From: Chrysomallon squamiferum
Taxonomy: Eukaryota; Animalia; Mollusca
NCBI GenBank assembly: GCA_012295275.1
Contig: CM022672.1
Location: 28,892,001-28,956,000 of the forward strand
Length of the DNA: 64,000 bases
Direction: 5' to 3'
The notes under the pieces were generated by a model. The model was given only the letters and a program-made list of their open reading frames with translations. It was not told where the DNA came from and made no database searches. A program made the position numbers and the translations under genes. This document shows positions 1 through 13,800 of the stretch, in pieces (position 1 is the first letter of the stretch; every line of letters starts with the position of its first letter).

Positions 1-1
1 A

Positions 2-358
2 CTACCAAAGTACCTAAAGGAGCACCAAAAAATACACAGTGAACCCAGCAAATTAACATGTCCAGTGTGCGGAGTTATCTTATCATGTGGAGGAGCTCTT
101 CACAATCACATAACTAGACAACATCCTGAAGAACCCAGAGTACCAAAACCTAGAGGACCAAAAGTAAACCCAATGGAGCCAATTGTTAAAGCTGATGAAC
201 CAAAAATAAACCCTACAAAATTAAAAATCAATCATGATCATTTAAAAATACATGAAGAACCAGAAACAAATGTAAATAAATTAAAAGTAGAATTGGATAC
301 AGCAGATGAAAACATCTCAGAAATGAAAATAAAAACTGAACCTCCTGATGATGATTAG
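2..358 (+). CDS. 3' terminal coding part of a C2H2 zinc-finger protein (gene starts upstream of the window)
   Basis: The frame is open from base 2: LPKYLKEHQKIHSEPSKLTCPVCGVILSCGGALHNHITRQHPEE...IKTEPPDDD*. It holds the tail of one finger (LxxHxxIH) and a full C-x2-C-x12-H-x4-H finger. TAG stop at 356-358. Confidence 0.85.
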   Translation, partial: LPKYLKEHQKIHSEPSKLTCPVCGVILSCGGALHNHITRQHPEEPRVPKPRGPKVNPMEPIVKADEPKINPTKLKINHDHLKIHEEPETNVNKLKVELDTADENISEMKIKTEPPDDD

Positions 359-1689
359 GTTTCTGTATGAAATCATGAAAACTTTAGTTATTGTTAACCT
401 GGATAACCTTTTTAATACTTCTAGAGTAGAAATATGTTTGAATTTATGTAAACAAATAAAGAAACAATAGTTTTAGTGTAAATTTATTCATTGACAATTA
501 GTATGAAGAAAGCTAAAGAAATAAACCTGTAGTCAGAAAAGTTGGAACTCCAAGGATTGATATTAGTGTTTTTAACATCTAGAGATATAGCTAATTTTAA
601 ATCTAGCTTTTCATGTATTGTTTCTAATTGTTTCTCTTTTTTTGCTATTTCTTCAGAGGCAGGTGTTATATCATAATATGTCAGCTTTGTCAAACAGTTC
701 GTGGTTTACAGCTTTATCTCCATCCTGTTCACAACCATGCAGACATAACTTTACATTCTTTCTTTTTTTTAATTATTTTTTATAAATTTTCTTGAATATC
801 AAAGTCATAGTTATAAGAAAAAAGAATAAAATATGCAATTTGATGTGTTCTACAATTTATTTAATTACAGCTATATTTTGTAGGATTGAACCTAATTGAT
901 TAAACCTATTGGTTATTTCACCATCATTCAGTACCAGAGGCCGGTCTATCAAAAAAATGCCAGGTTTCCACACAAGACATTTGAATAATGAACAGATTTT
1001 TATAATAAATACAATTTATGTAAGAAAAAACCCTGCCCATGAAGTAAAATTGGTATACATTCTGTAACAAATTTTTTCCAATTCTATAATGTATTAAGGT
1101 ATGCATTCTGTGTCAGTAAATAGAAAGACATGGTGTACTCACTTGGTTTGTGCTTCGTTTGCAGATCAAACCTCTTCAATGGAAATCTTAACCTTTTTTA
1201 CCCAAACCTGTTCTACATGACTGGCATGTAGCTTATTAAACACACATATATATTTGTAATAATGATTAAAAGATATAAAAAAGTAAATGTTGAACCATAT
1301 ATTAAACTATTTTCAGTTGTTTGCATTATGGATTAAAATAATGATTTTGCAATGTAAGGGAATAATGTTTGAAATATTACACTGTGTATGTATGTCTGGT
1401 GGTGGTATTCTGTATTATTAAATTACATAAGACAATTTTATTATTATACCATATTTATATAGCAACATTTTCATATACAAACGTAAACATAATGGTGGTA
1501 AGAATAAATAAGTCACATTTAAAAATTGCATAAGATAATTAATAGACTAGCTCGAACATTTTAAAATTAAGAAAACATAACTATTTATCAGCAAAGTGCA
1601 TATGAAAGAAATAGGTCTTTACAGTGTTTTAAATGTAGTTGTTGTTTCAGCCTCCCTTGTGTTACTTGGGATATGCCAGAATTTGCAAA

Positions 1690-1729
<40 letters not shown>

Positions 1730-4703
1730 CTTCCTATGTATTTTTATTTTTAAAAATGTATAGAAAAAAAAATAATAATGTTATTTTGTTTTCTAAATTT
1801 ATATACTTTATTGTTATGTGTACTAGATCATTAATGTTTTTTTTGGGGGGTAAACTAATATTTTTGTAAGATATAAAAAGAATTAAAGTTATGAATTATT
1901 GGATAAGACATTAGTTGCAAATTAATTTGATTTTTTAAAAATGTAACTTGAAATTAGAAAAATTTAAATGTATATTTTGAAAATATTTCTTTTGTCTTGT
2001 TTGTAATTTATCTGAGATCCAAACTGAAGTTATTTATATTTTTTCATGATATATCTCTATCTTCTAAATGTATATAATGTGTGTACTGAAGTAATTCAGA
2101 TTGGTTTTTCTTTCTCAACTGATATTACCACTGCAATAAAATTTTGGTTTGTTCTATAGATAGTATATAATGATAATTTATTGGAATCTCTTTTATATAT
2201 TATATTCATAATTTAATTACCTTAAAATAGAATCAACAATTGATGTACCTTAATTTGTAATTATCTTTATGAAATAAAATACATAGTACTTTACTTGTTG
2301 ATATTATATCATTGAAATTATCTTTGCACATTCACACTGAACTGTTTGTCAACAGCCACAGATAACTGATGTGAATAATCACACAAAACAGTTTTGTTTG
2401 GTTATTTTTTATATTTCTTACTATTCATCTGAATGCAATCTTCATTAAAAAATTAATAAATTTTTTCATTCCATTTCAGGAATTTGTAAAAATTGTGTCC
2501 CCCATTTATTTATAAGCCTACTTATATTCATTTGACATTATCTCTGTGAACAATAAGATTATATGTACAATAAAAAAGCATGCCACGTGTCTTCATTAAA
2601 AAAAAAAAAAAAAAAAAAAAAATGGTTTTCTTAAATTTAAATAACATTACCCAATCTCTATTTTTGCATATTTGGCCTACATGTTAGAGTAACAAAAAAT
2701 ACAACAGTGAGAAAGAACTTTTGTCACAGATGGTATTGTAAATAGTTCAAAGGAGTCTGTGGCAGGCATATCAAATGTTACAAAAATACAGATTTCAAGC
2801 CATTGCAAATTTTTTAACAAGTTTGCCAAATCCATTCTTTTTGAAAGAAAAACATCAAGTTTTGTTTTTGTTTTTGTTTTGTATATTGTTGAACATTTTC
2901 ATTGAAAAAAGTTGTCAAATAGATCAATCACTTTAAATGAGAAAAACATCCAGATAACATTACCTGTTACATTTATTTCAAATTTAAAAGGTATAACAAG
3001 CACATCTACACCAATCATATATTTATTAAAAATTCAAAAACAATGTCTTAAAGTTCCACATTAAGTAAACCAAATTCAGAGTCTAGGTGTCTGCATGTTA
3101 GGTCAACATAATATGATTAATTAATTAGGGCTACTATCAGTTGTTCCATCATCTTTAACTGTGATGTTTCTAAATCATCTCAAAATTTTATTTTCAGATT
3201 GTTCACAACATCTTGGAGGCATTTTCTGTTTGAAGCTGTTTGTTCTATTAAATCAGCATCATACCTAGCCTACTGTCTTGTGTACACCATCTTTAGTTAA
3301 AATGACACATTTATAAAGTCATAGCAGCTGCTTATAATGTGTTTATTGTTGTGTAGAAATGAATGGCATCATTAAACCTGATTTTATCATAAATTATTGG
3401 GTATGATGCCAATTTTTTTTATTAACTTTACTAAGTGTATCATATAGATAATCTTTCAACAAACTACTTGAGGAATATTACAAAATGACAATATGGACCT
3501 CTTATCACATAATTCAACAGTATTTTTATCCTTGATATCAAACACATGCAATATTTGCTTTAGTCAGATTATTTTTTAGATTTCCAGGAGAAGGTTTGTT
3601 TTTGTCATGGTGTACATAATCCTGTTCTAGCTCATCTTTTAGAATTTAAATACATTTGAAATTTTTATTAAAAACAACAATAATAATAATAATAAATAAA
3701 CTTTAAAAAAACTCTTTTGTTTGTATATTTTAAAGGCCGATATCATAACTGAGTCTAATTTATAAGCTGGTTTTTTTGCAGTTAATAAATATCAGTATTA
3801 TATCTACAGTTTCCCTTTCATTATGTTTGAAATTAGGAGTTTTGTTGGATTAAAATTGCCACAGTAAATTCCTTTTTTTAGATATTTCCATAAGTTTGGT
3901 ATCATATTTAAAAACTTTAGTAAAGCTCATTCCAACAGTTTAGGATGAACTTACATGATTTTTGAAAGATCAAATTGGGGTTACCTAATTAGTAATTTAT
4001 CATTTTTTTAAATAAAATTTAAAATAATAAGTAGTAACTAATATTAATGCAATATGTTAAAAAAAACATGTTAGTTACTTTTAAAATTAATTCCCGTACA
4101 AGTTATTTTAATTAAAAAAAGAAAAAAAGAAAGAAAGTTAGTAACACGCCTGCAGAATCTAGCATTAAATTACTTCTTACATAAATTATAATGGTGGTGT
4201 GAGACCGCTGAAAACTCAGTAGTGAAGGGAACTAACTCTAACTAAAATGATATTCTGACGCAAGCCAGTCTATTTGTGTCTTGTCGTTTCCGCAAGTGTG
4301 TTTGTCTATTTTATTTTATAATTTAGTTTTGATTGATGTATTTAATGTGTAAAACTATTTTATAATAGTTCATCATAGTTTTCTTTATATTCACATTCAA
4401 ATTTATAATATAAATTATAATCTGAAAATATTTATGAACGTTCCACTATGTATCTATTCAGTATTCGCATTTCAGTGATTATATTATCATGTATAATACA
4501 TCTATATCAGTATCAGTATTAGTATATGTATAATAATAATGATAATGTGTCAAAGAACAGACACATTATTATTATAATACTGCAGTCGTCCGTCTATATA
4601 ACTTTTAAAAGTAATAGATTTTTGAGATCACTGATCTTTCAAAACAATAATAAAATATTTATTATTGTTTCTTATTGTATTTTCCATTTTATTCAGTTCC
4701 GAG

Positions 4704-4792
4704 ATGAAGTATTACACCTTTAGCTCCGTTTTAAAATTTTCATGGGATCAAGTAGCTTCTGCATTTTGGCAGAGATATCCAAATCCTTACAG
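4704..4792 (+). CDS. PRELID1: PRELI domain-containing protein 1 (mitochondrial intermembrane-space phosphatidic-acid transfer protein, Ups1-like), coding exon 1
   Basis: ATG at 4704 gives MKYYTFSSVLKFSWDQVASAFWQRYPNPY(S), the PRELI N-terminal signature WDQV..AFWQRYPNPYS. Donor AG|GTAAC at 4792/4793 (phase 2). An acceptor ttttattcag ending at 4696 suggests an upstream non-coding exon. The ORF track misses this exon. Confidence 0.93.
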
Positions 4793-4986
4793 GTAACTCA
4801 AAAATTATCAGATTATATATTTCTTTAGTGAAAATGTTTTATAATGAATATAAATATTATTTATATTTTATTGTGAACAATTTTAGATCAATAAAATATA
4901 AATATAATATTTCTTCTGTTTTCGATATCATTATTGAAAGTGTTGACTTTTTAAGTAAAAACCAGTTGATCTTTGCATTATTTCAG

Positions 4987-5203
4987 CAAACATGTTCTCA
5001 CTGAAGATGCTGTTTCAAGAGAAATTAGAAATGGAATTTTATACAGCAAGAGATTGATAACCAAAACAAATCCTTTACCCAAGTGGGGTGAGCGATTTGT
5101 ACCAGGACCAAAAAATGTATTCATTGTAGAGGAAGCCATTGTGGATCCACACAGCCGGACTTTCACAACATACACCAGAAATATAGGCATGCAGAGAGTC
5201 ATG
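4987..5203 (+). CDS. PRELID1: PRELID1 coding exon 2
   Basis: Acceptor tttcag| at 4986. AG+C restores S, then [37 protein letters not shown]...EEAIVDP...[13 protein letters not shown]. Donor ATG|GTATT at 5203/5204 (phase 0). Confidence 0.95.
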
Positions 5204-5654
5204 GTATTTACTTCTTATTTTACCTGTTACTGAGAAGTTAGTTTTTCCTCTTCTGTTATTGTTAACTTTTATTTTTAGACAGTGACAAAATAGTCATTTA
5301 ATGTTGTGGATTCAAAAGCAAGCTGTAAATTTAAAAAGCTCACTGCCTATAACAAGAAGTATGTGGATGGGAAATTTAAGTAGTATATGTGCAAAGAGTG
5401 GTGGGATATAATGATTGTGATGTTAAAACATGTGAGAGTAAGAAAAAACTAAATTTGTATCTTCACTTAACTGATACATTACTCATTGTTTAGCCAGTTA
5501 TAGATTTCAGTAATTGTCTTATAAAGTTTATTTTTATTTTAGAATTATGTTATTGACTTTTATGTTTGAAAGGAAAATGTGTTTCTTATAATTTATAAAA
5601 CTAAGTACGTATTCTTTTTAATATTTACTTATTTATTTATTGTATTTTTTGCAG

Positions 5655-5987
5655 ACAATAGAAGAAAAATGTGTTTATAAAGAAGACCCAGAAAATTCAA
5701 AATGGACAGTATGTGAAAGATCAGCTTGGGTATCATCTGGTATTTATGGTTTTGGAAGAGCTATTCAAGCATTTGGCATGGAAAGATTCAAGAAAAATTC
5801 TACAAAGGCTTTGAAAGGCTATGAATATGTTCTAGAAAAACTTTATGTTCCAGAAACAATTCCTGAACAGACATTGCACAGAACAGATAAACTGAAAGAA
5901 GCTGCACGCAAAGCTGCTGAAGTGGCCACTGCAAAAGCAAAATCGAAATCAAGACCAATCCTTGCTTCACCAAGTCAGATGTCTTGA
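5655..5987 (+). CDS. PRELID1: PRELID1 coding exon 3 (terminal); spliced CDS 4704-4792, 4987-5203, 5655-5987 = 212 aa
   Basis: Acceptor ttttttgcag| at 5654. Reads TIEEKCVYKEDPENSKWTVCERSAWVSSGIYGFGRAIQAFGMERFKKNSTKALKGYEYVL followed by an Ala/Lys-rich LEA-like tail. TGA at 5985-5987. Phases 89+217+333 nt are consistent. Confidence 0.95.
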   Translation, partial: TIEEKCVYKEDPENSKWTVCERSAWVSSGIYGFGRAIQAFGMERFKKNSTKALKGYEYVLEKLYVPETIPEQTLHRTDKLKEAARKAAEVATAKAKSKSRPILASPSQMS

Positions 5988-8939
5988 AAAGAAACCAGAC
6001 ACATGTACACATACACACACACATACACAAAGAAAATCCTACTCAAACTGGCCCTCTATTTATCTTCAAAGTTCCATCATCTTCATTTCATTTTGTGTCT
6101 TACATTATTTATTAAAACATGAACACCTGAAACTCCACAAACACTAAATAGAAACATCTCTCCTACATAAAACAAACTGCTGTGGCAAAATGCTGCAGTT
6201 ACACATGTGATAATAAACTTGATCAGTGCTGGAATACGCAACAGCTTATGGTGATACAAATTTTAAAAAAACCTTTCTTATAAAATTTACGTTTTTGTTC
6301 TTTCTTTTTTTTTAAATCATCTTTATGCTTGAGGTGGAATGATTTTACACTTGCTAAAATGTATCTCAATTAGTCTTTTCATTAGAGATGTAGTAATGTT
6401 CAATTCTCAGTTTTACAAGATATAATAATTTAAATACACAAATTTAATTACACTGGAGACAGCCTGTTTAAGTACTAAACATTTTTTAAATTTTAAGATT
6501 ATTTAAGAAATTTGCTGAGATTTAAGAATTATTACATTACATAGAAAAATATTTTCATTTCAGTTTGACAAAGTCACTTGACTCAAACATCTAAATGTTG
6601 AAAAATATTTTTCTGTATATGTATTTTTAATGTCAAAACAATATTTGTAGATTTACAAATATATACATAGAATACATGCATTAATCAAACATGCATGCAG
6701 TAAATAACATACATTTTTATTACATTTAAACTTAGCAGAGAGAGAATTTACGTAGAATTGAATGCAAATAATTTAGATTTATCCAAAAATAATTATTACT
6801 GCACAATTTCTAAACACTTTAAATTCTGAATTCATTTATCCCTCATTTTAGCTGTGAATACTCAGGTGTAATTCTGACTGGTATTCAGCTTTCTCTTTTT
6901 TCTGAAACAGATTTGTATGCAGGTTATTATTATTATAAAACATTTTAATCATTACTTTTTATCTTGGTATTTTATTTTCTTAATAATTATGGAAGATTAT
7001 GATGATGATTATTTTTGTCATCATTGCTTTCTTTTTTTACTGTTTTTCTTGTAACTCATCAGCATCACTATTTTACAAGTGTTCTGGTTTGTCATTTTCA
7101 TTATATTCCTTACCTTTTTTTTTTTCTTTTTCATGTTGTAATTATTGTTGTTGTTGCTGATGCTCTTCAATATCTGAATCTAGTAGCAACATATTTCTTC
7201 ACAATTAGGTCAAAAAAATAAAAAATGAAGATTGATATTACACAGGTTTATTTCAGACATTTCTTATGTTCATGATAGTTTTACAACTTGATACTGAGTT
7301 CTCTGGTTTATTTGGGATTATGTTTGTGGTGTGTTGTGTTTCAGTTTCTTCAGAACAGATTTAAAATTTTCTTTTGTTGTACAGATCTTAGAATCTCCTA
7401 AATCACATCTGACTCTTTAAATTTTTTGCCATCAATGAAAAGGCATTTTTTTTTTCATGCCTAGAAATAAATAAATAAATAAGCCATTCAGAATCGCCTC
7501 CCAATATGCATCTTTCAAGGTGACACTTCCAAAATTTGAGAGCTAATTATAACAAAAATCATGTCACCTTATGCTTTAGCTTTGAAAACAAAAAAAGAAT
7601 AACACATAAGACATCTATGTTTACCCTGCAATCAACACAGTAGTAGTAAGATCCAGTTCACAGTGTCACGAAACCTTGCAAAAACACCTGAGAAAAATAC
7701 ACTTTATAAATAAGAAAGAAAATTATTTCTGCTTTTAACCAGATTTTTAAATTTTAAAAATTTTGAATGAAATTACATTATTGTAAATGTAATAACAATT
7801 GTCGTAATATTTTATTTTACTAAGTTTAATAATAGTGATAAAGATTATTTTGTAAATTATAAAAAATTTGTCTGAACCAGGTGACAAATTTTATTTTTTA
7901 CTGTGGCCATTTTATTTTTTAATGATTATACAAGTATATATTTATATATATATATATATATATATGTATAAACCTAGTCTTTATAATGATTTGCCTTTAC
8001 AAAAAGAAAACAAAAACAGCAACAAACTAACAAAAATAAATAAAGATAAGAGTGAGACATCTTGTTCATTTTAATTTTTATACTGCTGGAATTGCCTCTC
8101 GAACAGGCCTGTATCTAGAAAGAAAATATTGGCCATCCTCTCATCACCATAATGAATAATATGTGTTGTTATTATTGCTATTATTTTTTTATTGTTTCTT
8201 TTTTATATGAAGTTATTTTCAACAATAATTTTCAAGTCAGTTTATATAAAAGAAATTATTTAAAATAAATACATAAATATTGTTTGTAAATAAAAAAAAA
8301 TATTAAAATGTTTTCTTAAAATTTGAAAGTAGACTGGTCTTTTAACTTTATTTTCTCATTATATTATAGTACATTTGGTCAAAAGTTCATGAATTTATTC
8401 ACACAGAACAAATCATACATTGCCTATTAAATAATAGTTTTTTTTATTATTATTTAACATTTTTACAAGACAAAGAGAGATAGAGAGAGATTTTTAATAA
8501 AATGCTTCAAAATAACAAGAAGACCTTACATAAATCAAGCAAATAAAATCGTAATGTCTTGACTTCATTTCTGACAACGACAATATTTGTTAAGTTTCCA
8601 GATTATCATTAATTAATACGTCAACAATTGTGTGACATTGTTTAGCGACAAAGAAACCCACTGTAGTGGTTCAAGAAGGCAGGCACATTGTAATCGACAT
8701 TGTAGATGTCAGTTGCTGAATTGTAAGTCAAGTATTGTACTTAATATTTTTCAAAGAGATACTTTTTTTCCATGTAATTATGTATTGTTATTAATAATTC
8801 TTCGTCACACTAAGGTTTCATGAAACGCTTCAGAATTCGACACTTTCATTACGATAAATGGATCTTCTTTTCTCTATCTACATTTATGTCTATATTTCTT
8901 TATCTCTGGCTACACTCTAAACATATATTTTGTTTTAAT

Positions 8940-10037
8940 ACCTGCCTATCTATCTATCTATCTGTTTCTCTGTCTTTCTGACTGTCTGACTGTCTGTCTA
9001 TATCTATCATCCATCATCTGTCTCCCTAGCCTTTATCCAGACATGCATCACAAAACCTCATACACATACCTCTGTCTATCTCTGTATGTATATGTGTGTA
9101 TGTGTATATGTATGTATGTATATGTGTGTGTATGTATGTATGTGTGTGTATGCCTATTTATGTATAAATGCATGTATATATCTTCATACATGCATTACTC
9201 GGTTAGCTGCCGTTCTTCTTGTCTCTGTTTACCATTTCATCAACCAACCCTATCTGTCTGTCTGTCTGTCTGTCTATGTCTATCTATCTGTCTCTCTGTC
9301 TTTTTGTCTTTCTGTCTGTCTTGCTGCCTCTCTGTCTCTAATGTCTCTACCTTTCCTTTGTCTTTAAATATCATCCTTCGAGCTATTTTTATCTCAAAAT
9401 ATCACCAGTCAACCATATACATACCTCTCTGTCTATCTTTCTCTCTGTCTGCCTATAATCCCTCTACCTTTCCTTTTTCTTTAACTATTATTCTTCTATC
9501 TACTTATACCTACATACATAACAATTTAACCATATACATACATCTGTCTGACTATATGTCTGCCTGTCTATAATTTATCTATCTTTTCTTTGTCTTTAAC
9601 TATCACCCTTCAGTCTTTCTATTTTCCTTTCTCTTAACTATTATCCTTCAATCTATCTATCCTCTTATATCTCTGTCTGTAATCTCTTTACCTTTTCTTT
9701 GACTAAGTATCATCCTTCAATCTATCTATCTACTTATACCTCCGTACATCACCAACCAACCATATACATACTTATCTATCTATCTGTCTGTCTGTCTATA
9801 ATCTCTGTACCTTTCCTTTGACTTTAACTATCATCCTTCAGTTTGTCTGTCTACTTATACCTCATGCATCACCAACCAACCATATATATACATCTCTGTC
9901 TGTCTATCTGACTCTGTGTCTGTTTGTCTGTCTCTCTATAATCTCTCTACCTACCTTTCCTTTGTCTTCAACTATCATCCTTCAGTCTATCTCTACTTAT
10001 ACCTCCATACATCATTAATCAACCATATAAATATCCT

Positions 10038-10126
<89 letters not shown>

Positions 10127-10270
10127 GTGTATGTCTGTCTATAATCTCTCTATGTTTTCTTTGACTTTAAGTATCATCCATCAATCTATCTAGCTACCTA
10201 TACATGCATACATCACCAACCAACCATATACATTCCTCTCTATCTATCTGTCTGTCTGCCTATAATCTAT
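8940..10270. repeat. Low-complexity block: (TCTA/TCTG)n and (TG/TA)n microsatellites, a degenerate ~110-130 bp tandem repeat and a long (CT)n
   Basis: The motif tataatctctctacctttcctttgtctttaactatcatccttca...caccaaccaaccatatacatac recurs several times between ~9330 and 10270. Pure (CT)n at ~10041-10123. Confidence 0.85.
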
Positions 10271-10838
10271 CTTTTACTTTAAATACATATTCATATCTTT
10301 TACCCTATTTCTGTATTTATCATTTTCTATTAATTTTCTGAATGGTTCATGAATTTTACAGTGACATATGACAAGGAAAACTCCCTGTCATTGACTGGAC
10401 TGCAACCGTGGGTTAGACTACGGTTCAAGATCTAATTGTAATAATCTTAACACTGATGATGATAACAACAACAAAAACAAACAAACAAACAAACAAATAA
10501 ATCAATAAATAATGAATGAATGAATTATTGGGGGTTAGGAGAGGATTGTTCAAAAAATTTCCAAACGTATTTTATGGATTCTCTTATCACAAATTTTAAA
10601 TAATGATATTAATAATTAAAAATAATTTTAATAATATCTCGTACCTAAAATACAGGTTTATCGGTGATTAACTGTTTTTGCCTCACTTCAAAAAGTTTAG
10701 TTATGGCCATACTCAGTTGTCAAAGCTTTCCATTTTTAATTTTTGAAATATCATCTGCAATTCAACTTAAAATTTAAATTCAACTAATCACATTTGAATT
10801 AGTTGCCTGTGTAATGCAGTGCTTAACAGATGTCTTCA

Positions 10839-13800
10839 CTGGGTCAGACGTAGAAATTACAAGCTGGAATCGGTGAGATTTGAACATCTCGTCTCCAACG
10901 CGATAAACGTTCACCGGTAAAAACAGCTGAGAGCACCATCCTCTTCGAATAGTAATTCCCGCCGAATGTAATTGCATGTCTTCTCGCTCTCAGAAACACA
11001 TACACAGACACGCACTAAGCATCAAATTCATCTGATTACACACAGAGACGTTGTTAGATGCCTGTCTACAAGGCGTTGAGAACGGTTACAATTGTTACTC
11101 TTAAAAGACATGTATTGCTGACAGACGGCAATTGATGTCTTCACTGCCACAACCGACGTTGACGCTTTCGATCTTACACACTACTATCTCCTACAATCGT
11201 GTTTCGTAAATGTGGGTCACTGGGTCAGATAGAAATTACAAGCTGGAATCGGTCAGATTTGAACATCTCGTCTCTAACGCGATAAACGTTCACCGGTAAG
11301 AACAGCTGAGAGCACCATCCTCTTCGAATAGTAATTCCCGCCGAATGTAGTTGCATGTCATCTCGCTCTCAGAAACACATACACAGACACGCACTAACCA
11401 TCAAATTCATCTGATTACACACAGAGACGTTGTTAGAGGCCTGTCTACAAGGCGTTGTGAACGGTTACAATTGTTGCTCGTAAAAGATGTGGATTCGACA
11501 CAGAAGGTAAGAGAGGTCTTCAATGCGGTAATCGACGTTGACGCTGTCGATCGTACACATTACTATCTCCTACAATCGTGTTTCGAAAATGTGGGTCACT
11601 GGGTCAGATAGAAATTACAAGCTGGAATCGGTCAGATTTGAACATCTCGTCTCTAACGCGATAAACGTTCACCGGTAAAAACAGCTGAGAGCACCATCCT
11701 CTTCGAATAGTAATTCCCGCCGAATGTAATTGCATGTCTTCTCGCTCTCAGAAACACATACACAGACACGCACTAACCATCAAATTCATCTGATTACACA
11801 CAGAGACATGCCGTCTACAACGTTGAGAACCATCAAATTCATCTGATTACACACAGAGACGTTGTTAGAGGCCTGTCTACAAGGCGTTGTGAACGGTTAC
11901 AATTGTTGCTCGTAAAAGATGTGGATTCGACACAGAAGGTAAGAGAGGTCTTCAATGCGGTAATCGACGTTGACGCTGTCGATCGTACACATTACTATCT
12001 CCTACAATCGTGTTTCGAAAATGTGGGTCACTGGGTCAGATAGAAATTACAAGCTGGAATCGGTCAGATTTGAACATTTCGTCTCCAACGAGATAAACGT
12101 TCACCGGTAAGAACAGCTGAGAGCACCATCCTCTTCGAATAGTAATTCCCGCCGAATGTAATTGCATGTCTTCTCGCTCTCAGAAACACATACACAGACA
12201 CGCACTAACCATCAAATTCATCTGATTACACACAGAGACGTTGTTAGATGCCTGTCTACAAGGCGTTGAGAACGGTTACAATTGTTACTCTTAAAAGACA
12301 TGTATTGCTGACAGACGGCAATTGATGTCTTCACTGCCACAACCGACGTTGACGCTTTCGATCTTCACACTACTATCTCCTACAATCGTGTTTCGTAAAT
12401 GTGGGTCACTGGGTCAGATAGAAATTACAAGCTGGAATCGGTCAGATTTGAACATCTCGTCTCTAACGCGATAAACGTTCACCGGTAAGAACAGCTGAGA
12501 GCACCATCCTCTTCGAATAGTAATTCCCGCCGAATGTAGTTGCATGTCATCTCGCTCTCAGAAACACATACACAGACACGCACTAACCATCAAATTCATC
12601 TGATTACACACAGAGACGTTGTTAGAGGCCTGTCTACAAGGCGTTGTGAACGGTTACAATTGTTGCTCGTAAAAGATGTGGATTCGACACAGAAGGTAAG
12701 AGAGGTCTTCAATGCGGTAATCGACGTTGACGCTGTCGATCGTACACATTACTATCTCCTACAATCGTGTTTCGAAAATGTGGGTCACTGGGTCAGATAG
12801 AAATTACAAGCTGGAATCGGTCAGATTTGAACATCTCGTCTCTAACGCGATAAACGTTCACCGGTAAGAACAGCTGAGAGCACCATCCTCTTCGAATAGT
12901 AATTCCCGCCGAATGTAATTGCATGTCTTCTCGCTCTCAGAAACACATACACAGACACGCACTAACCATCAAATTCATCTGATTACACACAGAGACGTTG
13001 TTAGAGGCCTGTCTACAAGGCGTTGTGAACGGTTACAATTGTTGCTCGTAAAAGATGTGGATTCGACACAGAAGGTAAGAGAGGTCTTCAATGCGGTAAT
13101 CGACGTTGACGCTGTCGATCGTACACATTACTATCTCCTACAATCGTGTTTCGAAAATGTGGGTCACTGGGTCAGATAGAAATTACAAGCTGGAATCGGT
13201 CAGATTTGAACATCTCGTCTCTAACGCGATAAACGTTCACCGGTAAGAACAGCTGAGAGCACCATCCTCTTCGAATAGTAATTCCCGCCGAATGTAATTG
13301 CATGTCTTCTCGCTCTCAGAAACACATACACAGACACGCACTAACCATCAAATTCATCTGATTACACACAGAGACGTTGTTAGAGGCCTGTCTACAAGGC
13401 GTTGTGAACGGTTACAATTGTTGCTCGTAAAAGATGTGGATTCGACACAGAAGGTAAGAGAGGTCTTCAATGCGGTAATCGACGTTGACGCTGTCGATCG
13501 TACACATTACTATCTCCTACAATCGTGTTTCGAAAATGTGGGTCACTGGGTCAGATAGAAATTACAAGCTGGAATCGGTCAGATTTGAACATCTCGTCTC
13601 TAACGCGATAAACGTTCACCGGTAAGAACAGCTGAGAGCACCATCCTCTTCGAATAGTAATTCCCGCCGAATGTAATTGCATGTCTTCTCGCTCTCAGAA
13701 ACACATACACAGACACGCACTAACCATCAAATTCATCTGATTACACACAGAGACGTTGTTAGAGGCCTGTCTACAAGGCGTTGTGAACGGTTACAATTGT

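Noticed and set aside
484-1190. Minus-strand ORFs and splice-like sites in the zinc-finger 3' region
   Set aside because: No recognisable domain, non-ATG start for 484-693, and no consistent frame across the candidate exons.
9043-10164. Long ORFs rich in C/V/Y/L/S; also the Phe-rich ORFs at 38838-39098, 44273-44862 and 61977-62304
   Set aside because: They are translations of microsatellite or poly-T low-complexity DNA.
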